A DNA stretch of 63,983 nt, the filler included, from Saprolegnia diclina VS20 (lineage: Eukaryota): the NCBI RefSeq assembly GCF_000281045.1. It is 3 parts of one record of this genome, joined end to end, with 100 filler letters (N's around TTAATTAATTAA, not from the genome) between each part and the next. Parts side by side here need not be neighbours in the genome. Positions count along the whole stretch, not along the records: positions 16,428 to 41,829 come from NW_008246103.1; 2 more parts are not named here. The stretch is one strand, 5' to 3'. The position numbers and the translations under genes are program-made. The notes under the pieces were generated by a model that saw nothing but the letters and a program-made list of their open reading frames with translations, had not been told where the DNA came from and made no database searches. Of the stretch, positions 24,456 to 35,788 are shown piece by piece; position 1 is the first letter of the stretch; every line of letters begins with the position of its first letter.

Positions 24456-25913
24456 CTACACATCGCAATTGAGATCGCCGTCGTCCAGTCCCAAGTGCAG
24501 TGACGACCGACGTAGTTGACGCAGGTAGTCACAGAGTTCATGCTTGGCACGGTCCGTGAGGTTGTTGGCGGTGACCCAAAGCGACTGCATCTGCGGCATT
24601 GCAATCACTTGTTTTAGCAAAGGCACCGCGTCGTCCGCCAAGTTGTTCTCACCCAAGTCGACATGCGCGAGCTGGGGGTGCGCGGCCATTAACGGCAGCA
24701 GCGATCGAAGACCGTCCGTCGCGAGACCCGTGTAGTTGAGGCGCAACGACGACAGATGACGCAACTCGCGCAGTGTCTCGATCAGCAGCGCGACGCGAGA
24801 CGCGTTAGCAAAGAGTTGCTGCCCCGAGAGTTGAGCCCCTTGCAAGCGCGAGAGTCGCCCAAGGCGCGGCAAAAGCTTGGTTACAAAGTCTGTCTCGTCC
24901 AGATCGCCCAGAAGGTGCACCGAGAATCTACGCGCGTGGGTCATGACAGCCAGCGTCTGCAAGGCGCGGCTTGTCTCGGACTGCCGTGGCACGATGGTCC
25001 ATGACTCAATGTTGGGAAAGACGAGCTTGGCCGACGCAAATGCTCTCTCGTTGCAGCTTGACTCATGCTCGTGAGGACGGTGGCACGTCCACGGCTGGCC
25101 AAAGGCCGCAAGCATGCAAGCAAGGTCCGTGTTTGCCATAAGGACCATCTTACACAGCTTGGGTGCATCAACCATCGCATCGTAGAGCACTCGCGCGGCA
25201 AAGACGTCCATTCGCACCGAGTGGAGCTCGAGCGCTGTGATGGGTAACGACAAAAGCACCTGTGCGAGGTAGCGCGCCGTGGCCTCATCGGCAAGGGGCG
25301 TGCTGCGCCCAAAGACGTTCAGCCGCATCGACCGCAGGTTGGATGGCACCGCCTCGCGAAGTACCTCGGGCGTGGCTTCTTGGGTAAACTCACGAATGTT
25401 CAGCGAGAGGCTGAGCGATCGCAATCGGCGGGCGTGGGTCACGTGCGCCATCACGCCCTGGAGCGATTGTCCGATGGCCATCTCCACGGCCAAGTCAGTC
25501 ACCTTTGCCAAGGACGCGTCGTTGAGATGAACCAGAATCGCCGCGTCCGCCGTCAGGTGCACGTCGCCCGAGACCATGCTAAAGTACCGCACCGGACTGT
25601 TGGTTTCCAGTTGCACGAGCGGGTGGTTGCTCAAAGCGAGATCAAACACTGCCCCGAGCCCTCCGGATGCAGCAGCAACGTCGCTTGCATGAAAAAGTGG
25701 CCAGAGCTGCCATGGTGCGCAGTCTTGGCGAAGCGTCGAAAGGGCAAGCAGGAACGGATCCCGCTCGACCGTTGCAAGGGCGTCCAGTGCCGCAAAGAAG
25801 GTAGTGTGCCTGTCGAGGTAGCTCACTATCTTGGTAAAGACGTTCTGCGGCAGGGTCGGCTTGGGCACCGATGGCTTGGATCGTTTTGGCATCGTCATGG
25901 CGCCACGAAACAT
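24456..25913 (-). CDS. LRR (RNI-like) protein of a Saprolegniales-type family
   Basis: N-terminal LPQNVFTKIVSYL...FFAALDAL...LWP; LRRs LSSLRLNYTGL, LAHVDLGENNL, SLWVTANNL; the start may be 25898 or 25892. Confidence 0.75.
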   Translation of the reverse strand: MFRGAMTMPKRSKPSVPKPTLPQNVFTKIVSYLDRHTTFFAALDALATVERDPFLLALSTLRQDCAPWQLWPLFHASDVAAASGGLGAVFDLALSNHPLVQLETNSPVRYFSMVSGDVHLTADAAILVHLNDASLAKVTDLAVEMAIGQSLQGVMAHVTHARRLRSLSLSLNIREFTQEATPEVLREAVPSNLRSMRLNVFGRSTPLADEATARYLAQVLLSLPITALELHSVRMDVFAARVLYDAMVDAPKLCKMVLMANTDLACMLAAFGQPWTCHRPHEHESSCNERAFASAKLVFPNIESWTIVPRQSETSRALQTLAVMTHARRFSVHLLGDLDETDFVTKLLPRLGRLSRLQGAQLSGQQLFANASRVALLIETLRELRHLSSLRLNYTGLATDGLRSLLPLMAAHPQLAHVDLGENNLADDAVPLLKQVIAMPQMQSLWVTANNLTDRAKHELCDYLRQLRRSSLHLGLDDGDLNCDV

Positions 25914-26269
25914 GACCTGACCGTCTTGGTCTTGCCGAATTAGTCGACGCTGTGATTGGCTCAATCAATGCCGTACCTTATCTCTTCAAAGCGACACCTC
26001 ACGTCAAAATCAACGACGCTCAGTGGAAAGCGCCACAGCTAATTGCGTGGTTTCTTCATTTGGAGCAAATGCCATGTACTAAGCCTGAACGGGTGTCTCT
26101 GTTGCTGTGTGATCCTTGAGACTCAACACGATCGGTCAATGTACTACTGTTGAATATGCGTCGTTTACGCCTAGAACCCGAGTCCGCCGACGGTCACGAT
26201 GCAGTACATGGTGCGGTTGTGCTCCTTGTGCTTGTCGCTTGGCCATTTGACCACATGTGCACCTAACAA

Positions 26270-26815
26270 TGCGCTCCAAATACAACTTTGACAGAAGAGG
26301 ACACAGTACCGTCGATGGCCGTGTCCCAATGGCAAGACACGGCCGAGTGGACGCCCGCGCCGTTCTTTTGCATGATGACGCAGCTCACTACAGGACAGCG
26401 TGACGGAAAGAGCAAGGCTGGGGAAGCACATACCAATGTACTTGAGCGGCTTGCGCAGTTCGCAGAGGCCTTTCATGATGCCGTCGCAGATTGAGTCGAC
26501 CCAGTGCGATACCTCGGTCTCTTCGTACGACCGATCCTTAAGAAAGTGCTCGACCGACTAGAACAATGGCATTTGGTGTCGCTCACCACAGCGTCGCGTA
26601 CCTGAAGGATGATGCGGTCGACTTCTTCAGCCACAAAGGCTAGCTAGCGCAAAGACACCTTGTGTTCCCGCTGCTGATACGAGCAAGCCATACCTCTTCC
26701 GATGACTGCAAGTCGTCGACCATCGTTCTCTGCGCACCACTGGACAGGCGGTTGGCGCGTCCCTTCAAGATCGCGAACTTTCGAGCCCCATGGTTCCGAG
26801 AACATTCCTTCTGAT
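26270..26815 (+). pseudogene. Possible decayed coding sequence
   Basis: Protein-like stretches ([40 protein letters not shown]) broken by stops; family not recognised. Confidence 0.25.
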
Positions 26816-26905
26816 ACACTGATACATTGATACACAACCATCCACAGTCTCCATTTGCACACAAGTGTCGTAGTGTAGTCGTACATATATATTACAGGGT
26901 GGACA

Positions 26906-29900
26906 TTAGTTGGCGCTACTGGACGTGGTCAAAAGCACCGGCACGGGTTCGACAGTAGCCTCGCCTTTTGAGAGACTCCGCCGCTTGGATTTGGCGCGCT
27001 TTGCCCCGTCGTCGTCGTCGGCCGCATCAAAGTCATCGTCGTACTCGTTGTCTTCGTAAATCTCGGACGCGACCGACTTGCCCGTGACGAGCACCGGCTT
27101 CGACTCGACGCGCATCGGCGGTGACAAGTCTTCGATTGACACTTGCCGCTTGACCACGACCTCGGGCGCCTTGGTGTGTGTCGCACCTTGCGTCACAAAC
27201 GTCGGTGGCGCCTCGGGCTTGGTCGCTGGCGGCTTGGCGGGTGTGACAGCCGCCGGTTTCACAGTCGTGACTGGCTTTGCTGGCGGCTCGGACGGGATGA
27301 CATTCTGGCTGGATGGACCCGTCGTCGGTCGCTCGGGCGGCGCGTTGTCCACGGGCGACTGCGCTCGCATCCAGTGCGTAATTTGTTGCAGGAGCTCACT
27401 CGGCGACGCCGACGCTGGGCAGTCTATTGCAAACTGCCGTGATAGCATCGGCAGTGTTAACCTATACCTTTGTGAAAGGCGATGCGGTACAGGCTCGTGA
27501 GATCCCCGACGCTCGGTGCCGCGGGTTGACTCGAGCCCGGGCGACTGGGCGTTTCTAGATGCAAGGGATTTGTGAGCGCTATCGATTGAATGGGGACAGC
27601 GTTACCGCTACTCGTCGAGAGTCGAAGGAGACTGTGGTACTTTTCAATTTGCTCTTGCAGCTCGGCGAGCTCGTCCTCCTTGTTGTTCATGCGGTCCGTG
27701 ACCCACACTAGCAGATACACTGTGTCTCAAAACCGCTCACGGGCAGAAGTCTACCGTAGCCGTCTCGGATGCGCTCGATTTCTTGATCTTTTTCCGCGTT
27801 TTCAAAAAAGAGAATTTCTTCTTTTTGGCGCGCCGAGTCGCGCTCTTCGGTGACGACTTGGAGCTGCAAGTTGAGTTCTTCCTCGAGCTCCTCGAGCGCC
27901 TTCTTCTCGCGCTGCAGCGACTCGATCGTCGCCGTCGCCTCGAGCAGTTTGGTGTCCAACACGCGGACCTTCTCGTCCGCAGCAGCAAATTTTGCTTCGA
28001 GCCGCTCGTTGTCGGCTTGGAGCCGCACTTGCTGCGTCTGTACGGAAAAGTACCGCTTCTCGGCTTCGCTGGCTTCGTCCTGGAGGCGCTTGATCTCGGA
28101 CGTCGCGTTCTCCGTCTGTCGCTTCTTGATGGCGTCCCTAATTTCACGACACTTTCAATTTATCAAGACGCCATCGGTGACACGCACAGCTCGGCTTGCA
28201 GGCTGGCCAATAACGCCTGGGCTCGCTGCGCCTGGTCTTCCACCTCGGAGCGTTGGGCCGTTGACTCTTGCAGCGCTGCGTTCGTCGCTGCTTGCTGTCG
28301 CTGGAGGTCGGCGACGTCCGCCTTGAACTTGGCCTCGATCGCTTCGTTGGCGCGGTCTTTTGTCGTCGCGTCCAGCTTGAGCGCCTTGATTTGCTGTGAC
28401 GCGGCTGCCTTTTCGGCTTCGGCTTCGGCCAGCGCCTTGGCCGTCCGCTCCACGTTGCGTTTGGCTTCGTCCAACTGAATCGTGACGGTTTGGAGCTCGG
28501 CCGAGAGGCTTGCCATGCGCGAGTCGGTCGCGCCCTCTAGCGCACTCTTGGAGCTCAATTGCGTGCGCAAGCTCTCGCTAAGTTTTTCCAAGTCGGCTTT
28601 CGACTAGTTCACGTTGATACCTTGATACATTGAAAGAATCGAAAAACGAACCTGCGTCATGGACGTCAATTGCGCCTGGAGCTGCGTCTGCTGGTGCTGG
28701 ACAGCAGTGTTCGCTTGCGTGAGCTCAGCACACTGGGTTGTCAGCGCGTCGATCGTGGCTTTGGCTTGCGCAAGGTGGTCTTCCGTGGCCTTGCACTGCG
28801 CGGCAATAACTTGAATTTGAGCGGTCGCGGCCGAGAGCTTGGTGTCCGACTCGCCTTTGTCCGCCTTCCACTTGTCAATGGCCTTGTTGGCCGCGTCCAA
28901 ATTGGCCTGCAGCATCTGCGTCTGGGCCTTCCATGTGTCCATCTATACATCGCTACGTCAAGACCAACTCGAGACGCAGCTGAAACCTCTTGAACTAGGT
29001 TGTTGAGTGCAGTTTGCTTTTCACGCTGGCTGTCCTTGGCTTGAGCCCACTTGACCTTGGCCTCTTCGAGGACGAGCTCGCCCGCCGAGAAGAGGTTGGT
29101 CAGCAGTCCGAGGTAGCCCAGAATCTCGGCCTGGATTGCATCCGCACCGGTATCGGCGCTCACGGCCGCCATGCCCGTCACCTCGACCCGAAGCGCTGGC
29201 GTGTTCTGCCACTTGGTCGGTAGTAGCTTGATGTACCGGGCGACCGTGTTGGGTGGCAATGCCAGAACGACAACCGCGGTCACGTCGGCATTGGCCGTCA
29301 CCGGGGCGGGTAGCTGTCCCCACGTCTCCCCATCAACGCTCGATTCGATTTGAAGTTGAGTGATCCACGCCTCTTGCGGCACGGGGGCCCCGTGCGTGGC
29401 CACGTGTTGGATAGCACCAAGGCAAAAGAGTCCAAGCAGTTGCATCGTTTGCTCTGGCTCCTTTCCGGCGAGGATGTTGGCGTCCGTGGCCTTGACTTCG
29501 AGTACCCCTTGGAACCTAATATGCCAATGTCATACAGCGTCGTTGATTTGTTGCGATGGCTGCATACGTGGTTTGAACGAGCTGAAGAACCTTGAGAAGG
29601 TACTCGACTTTGTCTTTCTTCTCAGTGAGCTGGCTGTAGTCTCTGTCCTTCTCGAAAAAGACGTCTTTGCCATACCCCGTGTTAACAGCCACTTGCGTGA
29701 TGACATCGTGGAGGAACCGGACGGGTGGCCGGCTAAAGAGCTTGGTTGGGATTTGCGGCGACTTGAGCAACTTGACCCACGACATAATGTGTCTACGAAG
29801 CGCAATCAATGTCACGATAGCGTCGGACGTGAAGCCATACTTTGCAATCTCGTACGTCTGGTCGTGGTCCCCGCTGACAGCAGTCGCCGCCACTTGACTC

Positions 29901-32491
29901 AACACGGCCTCCATGCGCTCTTTCGACAAGTCCAATGACGGGTCCTCGGCACTGGCTTGGCCCAAGACGCCGCCTTGGACACTGACGCTGGATACAAACC
30001 GAGGCTTCTCCAAGTCGATGCGCAGCCACGGTGTCAAGTCGCCCGTTGACGGCGCCCAGCACCCCGACCCGTGCAATCGTGCAGCTTTGGCATCGCCCGA
30101 CGACGCCGAGAGCCGGTCGTCGCCAAGCAGTCGCTTTTCGAGTCCAAATGCAAACGCATCGCCTTTGGGTTCGTACGCCGGAGGCGCGTCATTCCCACTC
30201 GCCTTGCTCGCGTGCGACGCGTCCGAGATGGCCTCGAGCGCGCCGGCGAGCGACTTAAGGGCCATAATGCGCGCCTTCTTGCGGTCATCGGCCATGTGCG
30301 GGCTCTCGACTTGGGCCTGGAGCTCATTGCTGAGGAGCTTGGCCGCGTCGTGCATCTGCATCCGACCATCAACACGATTGTACTCTCAATCATATGCAGC
30401 ATCGTGGCAGCGTACATTGAAAATGCGCTTCCGCTCCGCCTTGAGCGTGCTCAGCAAGGCCGCGCGGTAGGCTTGCACCATGTGCATCGTAATGCTCAGC
30501 GCCTTGTCCCGATCTTCGTAGAGCACTTTGGCTTCCTTTGTCGGCGGCGGCGTCGTTGCGACCGCGGTCGTCCAGCTGCGCTGCAGCATATCCATCTCGG
30601 TTGCAATTGCATCCAAGACGGTGCTTGTCTGACGCAGTAGCTCGCTCTCGAGGGCCATCATCTTGGCGCTCTCTTCTTGTATGTTTTTGATCTTCGTGCA
30701 CAGTTGGTTGGCCGTCACGTGCACGGACGATGCGTCGTCGTCCGTGCCCTTCCAGTTGAGAACGTCCTTGTCCAACGAGTCTTTGAAGACACAAATGAGC
30801 GTCCGCGCGTCCTTGACGTCTTGCTCCAGCGCCTTGGCTTTGGCCGCCATGTGGATCCAGCTCTCGGTCCCGACGTCGAGCTCGCGCGTCGCCCGCATCG
30901 CGAGTTCAATGTCCGCTTTTGCCTCGAGAAGCTTCCACTTTTTCACCTTTTCATCTTGGGTCTTTTGGTCGGCGCGCGCCTTTTCTTTGGCCAATTTTTT
31001 GCGCTCGAGCTCGTGTTGTTTGCTCAATTTGGCCTTGTCTTCCCACGTCTGTAGCCGGACCGCGTCCATCTCTTGGATCTGCTTCTCAAAGCGCGCAATC
31101 ATTTCGTTCTTCTCGACCGGGTCGACGCTAATGCTCTGCTGCTCCATGAGCCGCTTCTTGAGCGCCGCGATTTCCTCGTTGAGCTGCGAGATTTGGCTTG
31201 CTTCTTCGTTCTTTTTTGCGTTGACTTTGATCGACTTGGCGCGGCTGGCATACTTGAGTGTGCCGAGGGTCTCGATAAAGTTGATGTTGGCGGGCGAGAG
31301 CGTCGCAAGCATCGAACAGAGTGAGTTGCCGCCAAGCGACTCCTACACCCCGAATCTATCAATCTATCAAGATATCAAGTAAAAGTTGCCTGAAGCACAC
31401 GCGTGAGCTTGGAATTGCGGTACGGAATGAACGATTTTTTGCCCGTTCGCGCGTCCTCGACGAGTGCGTTGATGACGTTGCCGAGTGCACTGAGCGACTT
31501 GTTGATGTTGGCGCCTTCTTTCAGCCGCGTGCCGACGGCGCCCGTGCCTGCAGCGCGCTCCGAGCCCGCAAGGTCCACGAGGTTGACCTTGGCAAACACG
31601 TTTTTGCTCTCGTCAAGCGAGTCTTTTTGGTGAATCTTGATGACAAAGATCGAGTGCGACCGCGAACTCTCCGAGTTCATGTTGGTGTACCCAACCGTGC
31701 GATTGGCTTGGCCTTGGGCCATGAGCTCCAGCACTTCGTCTCGCGACTCGACGACGCGCTCTTGGAGGTCCTTGACGTAAATCCCAAGCACACTGTGCTC
31801 CTTGATCTCCAGGCCCTTGTTCTTCTTGTCTTTGGAAGGGCTAACGTAGTAAGCTTGGTACACACGTCCAAGTCGCGACTCCAAACCTCGAGTCGAGGAG
31901 GTCGTAGATGATTTCGTTGTAGATTTCAAAGAACGAACACTCGACGAGGAAGAGCTTGTTGGGACTGTTGGTCTTCTCGGCCTACATGCGGGATGTATGT
32001 GCTTCCTTCACATGTCCTTGCCGAACCTGCACGTGGTCAAAGAGGGCCTTGTTCATGCGCGAGATGAGCCCTTCGAGCTCTTCGTTGCCGGCAATGCCAG
32101 CCATGCTAAACGTCTTGCCACTGCCGGTTTGCCCGTACGCAAAGATGGTGCCGTTGTAGCCGCCAAACGCGCGCTGGAGCACGGGCTGGCCAAAGTCGTT
32201 GAAGACCTTGCACTGCTCCGTCTCGCACGGGTATACAAAGTCAAAGCCAAACCTACGCCAACCTTAGAGGCAGCCAGAGGCAATGCGCAGCGTACTCGTG
32301 GACCTCGTCCTTGTTGTCCGGATTCGTGAGCACGGCGTTGCCGTTCTTGCACTAGAATGCGCCACGTCATGGAGCGGCGATATGGGCGGAGCGTCGTATA
32401 CCGTAAAGCACGACTCGGCCTGCTCGTTGATCTCTTTCTTGCTCATGGGCCGGCAGCGCACGGCCACGCGGATGTTCTCCGCCTCCGCCAT
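26906..32491 (-). CDS. Kinesin (N-terminal motor, kinesin-3-like motifs) with coiled-coil stalk, split F5/8 type C domain and inserted IFT54/TRAF3IP1-like domain (multi-exon)
   Basis: [45 protein letters not shown]; discoidin halves WLRIDL...VSVQG and SVDGETW...ARYIKLLP.KW...ALRVEV; RPPVRFLHDVI...AGKEPEQT. Confidence 0.85.
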
Positions 32492-32595
32492 CGTCGCCAG
32501 TTCCGGTTTCGTTCCAAGCGTCGCAGGGCAACGTCTCGCCAAAGGCCATTGGCTTAAAATTGGGCCTTTTTTTCATTGGCTCTTTTTTCGATCTT

Positions 32596-33262
32596 ATGCG
32601 TGTCCAAGATGCCGAGACGGGTGCGACGGAGGGCATGACGTGGAGCCATGATGACCATGGAGCTCTGGTAGGCGAATGGCTCGAGGTCGAGGGCGTCGAC
32701 GCTGCCGTCCCGAGCGAGGCGCCGCGAAGCCCCGCGCGGTACGCCGCAGCGGGCATGTTCACGCCCCACGCGCTCTCGAGCCCGTCGATGCTACCGCCGC
32801 TCGTCCACGCCGAAACGCAGTCGACGCGACCGCTCGGGGCGCAGGTGGGCTGGGAAGCCAAGATGGAGGCGATGCGGGCGGTAGTGTATCCGAAACGACG
32901 GTGCACTCATGGCGATGTAGCGCTACGCGGCCGCCGAGCGCGAGTCGCGGCGCGGGCTGCTCCAACGCCTCGCCGACCCCAGCTTGTCGCGATCCTCGCG
33001 AATGGACCTCCAAGTACAACTCTTGGAGCAAATGAAGGCGGCGCTGCAGACGCACCTGGCCGCGCTTGTCGCTGAAGAGCTCGAGCGGGAAGCTGGGCGC
33101 CAGCAAGCCATGCGCGCCGACGTCTCGCACCAAGGTCGGGACCGGCTACGGCAGCAGCACGCGCGCGAGCGCGCATACTACAAGACGCTCATCGAGCAAA
33201 CCAAAGAGGAAGGCCATCAGTTGCTCACAGCGACCATGAACGACTTTAACCTCCTGCGCTAA
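32596..33262 (+). CDS. Small coiled-coil protein, head-to-head with the kinesin (2 exons)
   Basis: ORFs 32560..33075 and 32984..33262 joined by a GT-AG intron ~32881-32920; ends ERAYYKTLIEQ...FNLLR. Confidence 0.6.
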
Positions 33263-33493
33263 GACCCCATCGTTTACGAAGTTTACCCCACACATGCACG
33301 CAGATTGCAGATTTGCAGGCAAGGGTCCGCCTCCATGAGCAACGTCTTGAACCTTGGTCTTCTTGGGCTGGCCATTGACTCGCCTTCAACGCTGCTCCGC
33401 TGCACGATGCGCACACTGCTGCGATGGCTCAAAGAGGTCGTGCACACGAAGCTGTATGTTCAACCTTCTCTTTTTACTATTGTCGCCTTACGA

Positions 33494-34977
33494 TCACGCC
33501 GAGAGCACGCCGCAGTCGGCAATGACGACTGGCGACAGCGGCTTGTCGCCCTTGTCCGTCTCCACCGACTCGATGGCCTTGACGACGTCCATGCCGTCGA
33601 GGACACGGCCAAAGACCACGTGCTTGCCGTCGAGGTGGGGCGTCGTGACTGTCGTGATGAAGAACTGCGACCCGTTCGTGCCAGGACCCGCGTTCGCCAT
33701 CGAGAGCAGACCGGGGCCCGTGTGCTTCAAGATGAAGTTTTCGTCGGCAAACTTCTCGCCGTAAATCGACTCGCCGCCCGTGCCGTTGCCGCGCGTAAAG
33801 TCGCCGCCCTGCAGCATAAAGTTGGAGATGACGCGGTGGAAGCTCGAGCCCTTGAAGTGCAGCGGCTGGCCCGTGCTCGCGGCGCCCTTCTCGCCCGTGC
33901 AAAGCGCGCGAAAGTTCTCGGCCGTCTTGGGCACGACGTTCGCAAAGAGCTCCATCGTGATACGGCCGGCCGGCGCGCCGCCCATCGTAATGTCGAAGAA
34001 CACCTTGGGGTTGGACGCATCCGAGGCTTCGTCCAGCGACACGACCTTGGCGACCGCCGCCTTGTCGTCGTACATCGAGACCTTGCCAAAGAGACCGCCA
34101 AACGCGCTCTTCTGGACCTTCTTGGCCTCTTCCATCTTGGTCTTGAGAACGACGAGTTCGCGGCGCACGTCACGGTTCTGCGGGTCGAGCTTGGCCGCAG
34201 CGAGCAAGTCTTCCTTGGCGCGGTCAAGATCGTTGAGGTGCATGAGGGCCACGCCGTGGCGGAAGAGCGCCTTGACGTTGGTCTTGTCGAGCTTGAGCGC
34301 CTTGGCGGCCGCACTCGCCGCCGCCGTGTACGACTTGGTCTTCAGGCTCGCCATCGCACCGTTGAGGTACAAGATCGTTTGCATTTCCTTGAGCGTCACC
34401 TTTTGCGCGTCCGTGGCTTCGTGGTCGTCGTCGCAGTACTTGGCACCCTCGAGGTACTTGTCGTGGGCGGCGTCAAACGACCCGGCCTTGAAGAGCGCCG
34501 TGCCCTCGGCCTTGAGCGCCTCGGCTTCCGCGAGCTTCTCGACCGCGCTCATCTCCCACATGTCCTTCTTCTTGGGCGCAAAGCCGAGGAGCTCGACGTC
34601 AAACTGCAGCGTCGCGTTCGCCGGGATCTTGGGCGGGCTCCCGCTCGCGCCGTACGCGTACTCGGGCGCGCACGTGAGCATCGCGCGCTCGCCGACCTTC
34701 ATGCTCGCGAACGCGAGGTCCCACGCCTTGATGACGTTGCCCTTCCCGAGCACAAAAGTAAAGACTTGGCCGCGGTCGCGCGACGAGTCAAACTTGGAGC
34801 CGTCGAGGAGCGTGCCCGTGTAGTGCGCTAGCCGCATGCCATGAGCCTTTCACCGGGCGTAGCCCTTGCGCACGTACCTCGGATCTCGTAGCCCGCGGGC
34901 GCAAACTCGCCCGAGCCCTCCTTGAGGATCTCCTTCTTCACGCCGCCATCAGCCGTCAGCTCGACAATCTTGGCCAT
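33494..34977 (-). CDS. Dual-family immunophilin FKBP-TPR-cyclophilin (FCBP type)
   Basis: [22 protein letters not shown]...[22 protein letters not shown]; 3 TPRs; cyclophilin: [45 protein letters not shown]; first exon [18 protein letters not shown]. Confidence 0.93.
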
Positions 34978-35061
34978 TTTCGCTCGATGACCGCAAATCC
35001 AAAATGATGGAGGCAAGATCCTTGTCTCGCGCTTTGTATGGGCTTTCGAGCACTTTCGATC

Positions 35062-35088
35062 GTCCGGATAGATAACATCTATCCGGAC
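35062..35088. promoter_or_regulatory. Perfect 12-bp inverted repeat built from TCCGGATA motifs
   Basis: GTCCGGATAGAT-aac-ATCTATCCGGAC, 85-111 bp upstream of the FCBP ATG. Confidence 0.55.
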
Positions 35089-35329
35089 ATGGCCGTGGCG
35101 GGAAGCGTGGTCACGCTGTACAGTACTAGCACGTGGACTCTCAGATCTCAGTGCTGAAGGCCTCTGAGCGACGAGTATTTGATACATGAGAGAGGACGAA
35201 GAGGTTTCACCATTGCAAGCAGCTCGGTACCGCCGTGCGCACGGGCGATAGGCGCTCAAAGGACCGGAAGCATGATGGTGGTCCTAGTATATCAATGGCC
35301 CAGTGCCAGCGCGCAACGGCTCGTTCCTG

Positions 35330-35584
35330 GAGCTGCAAGCACTCGTCGTGTTCTGTCAACGACGAGCAAGAACACGAGCACTCACGGAAGGTACATCGAG
35401 TACCTACGACCACTGCGTCGCCGGCCATTGCCAAATGGCGCAGGTCGAAGGTTCTCGAATCGGACCATGCCGATGCGCAAGGCCACGGACGTACGTCGAG
35501 AAAGTACTCGCCGTCCTCGAGCAGGAGCAGGTTGAAGCGGCCCTGGACCGTCTTGGCGCCCGGCGTCGATTGTCGCCCGAGCAT
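35330..35584 (-). pseudogene. Isolated 5' fragment resembling the FAN/NSMAF N-terminus
   Basis: MLGRQSTPGAKTVQGRFNLLLLEDGEYFLD followed by a GTACGT donor; no BEACH or WD40 exons follow before the FCBP promoter. Confidence 0.4.
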
Positions 35585-35788
35585 CGCAAGACGGGGCGAT
35601 GACCCGGTGGCTACGTAGTCGATGCAAGTGATCCAGGCAGCACAAATGACAGTCTTGGGAAGAACCAAATCGACTGTAATGCGTGACTTTCTTTAGTAGA
35701 CAATATTGTACTAGTTACGTCAACGCCACAGTGGACCTCAGCAGGGTATCGACAAACGTATATCTAACTACTTGAACGCATGCTCCGA

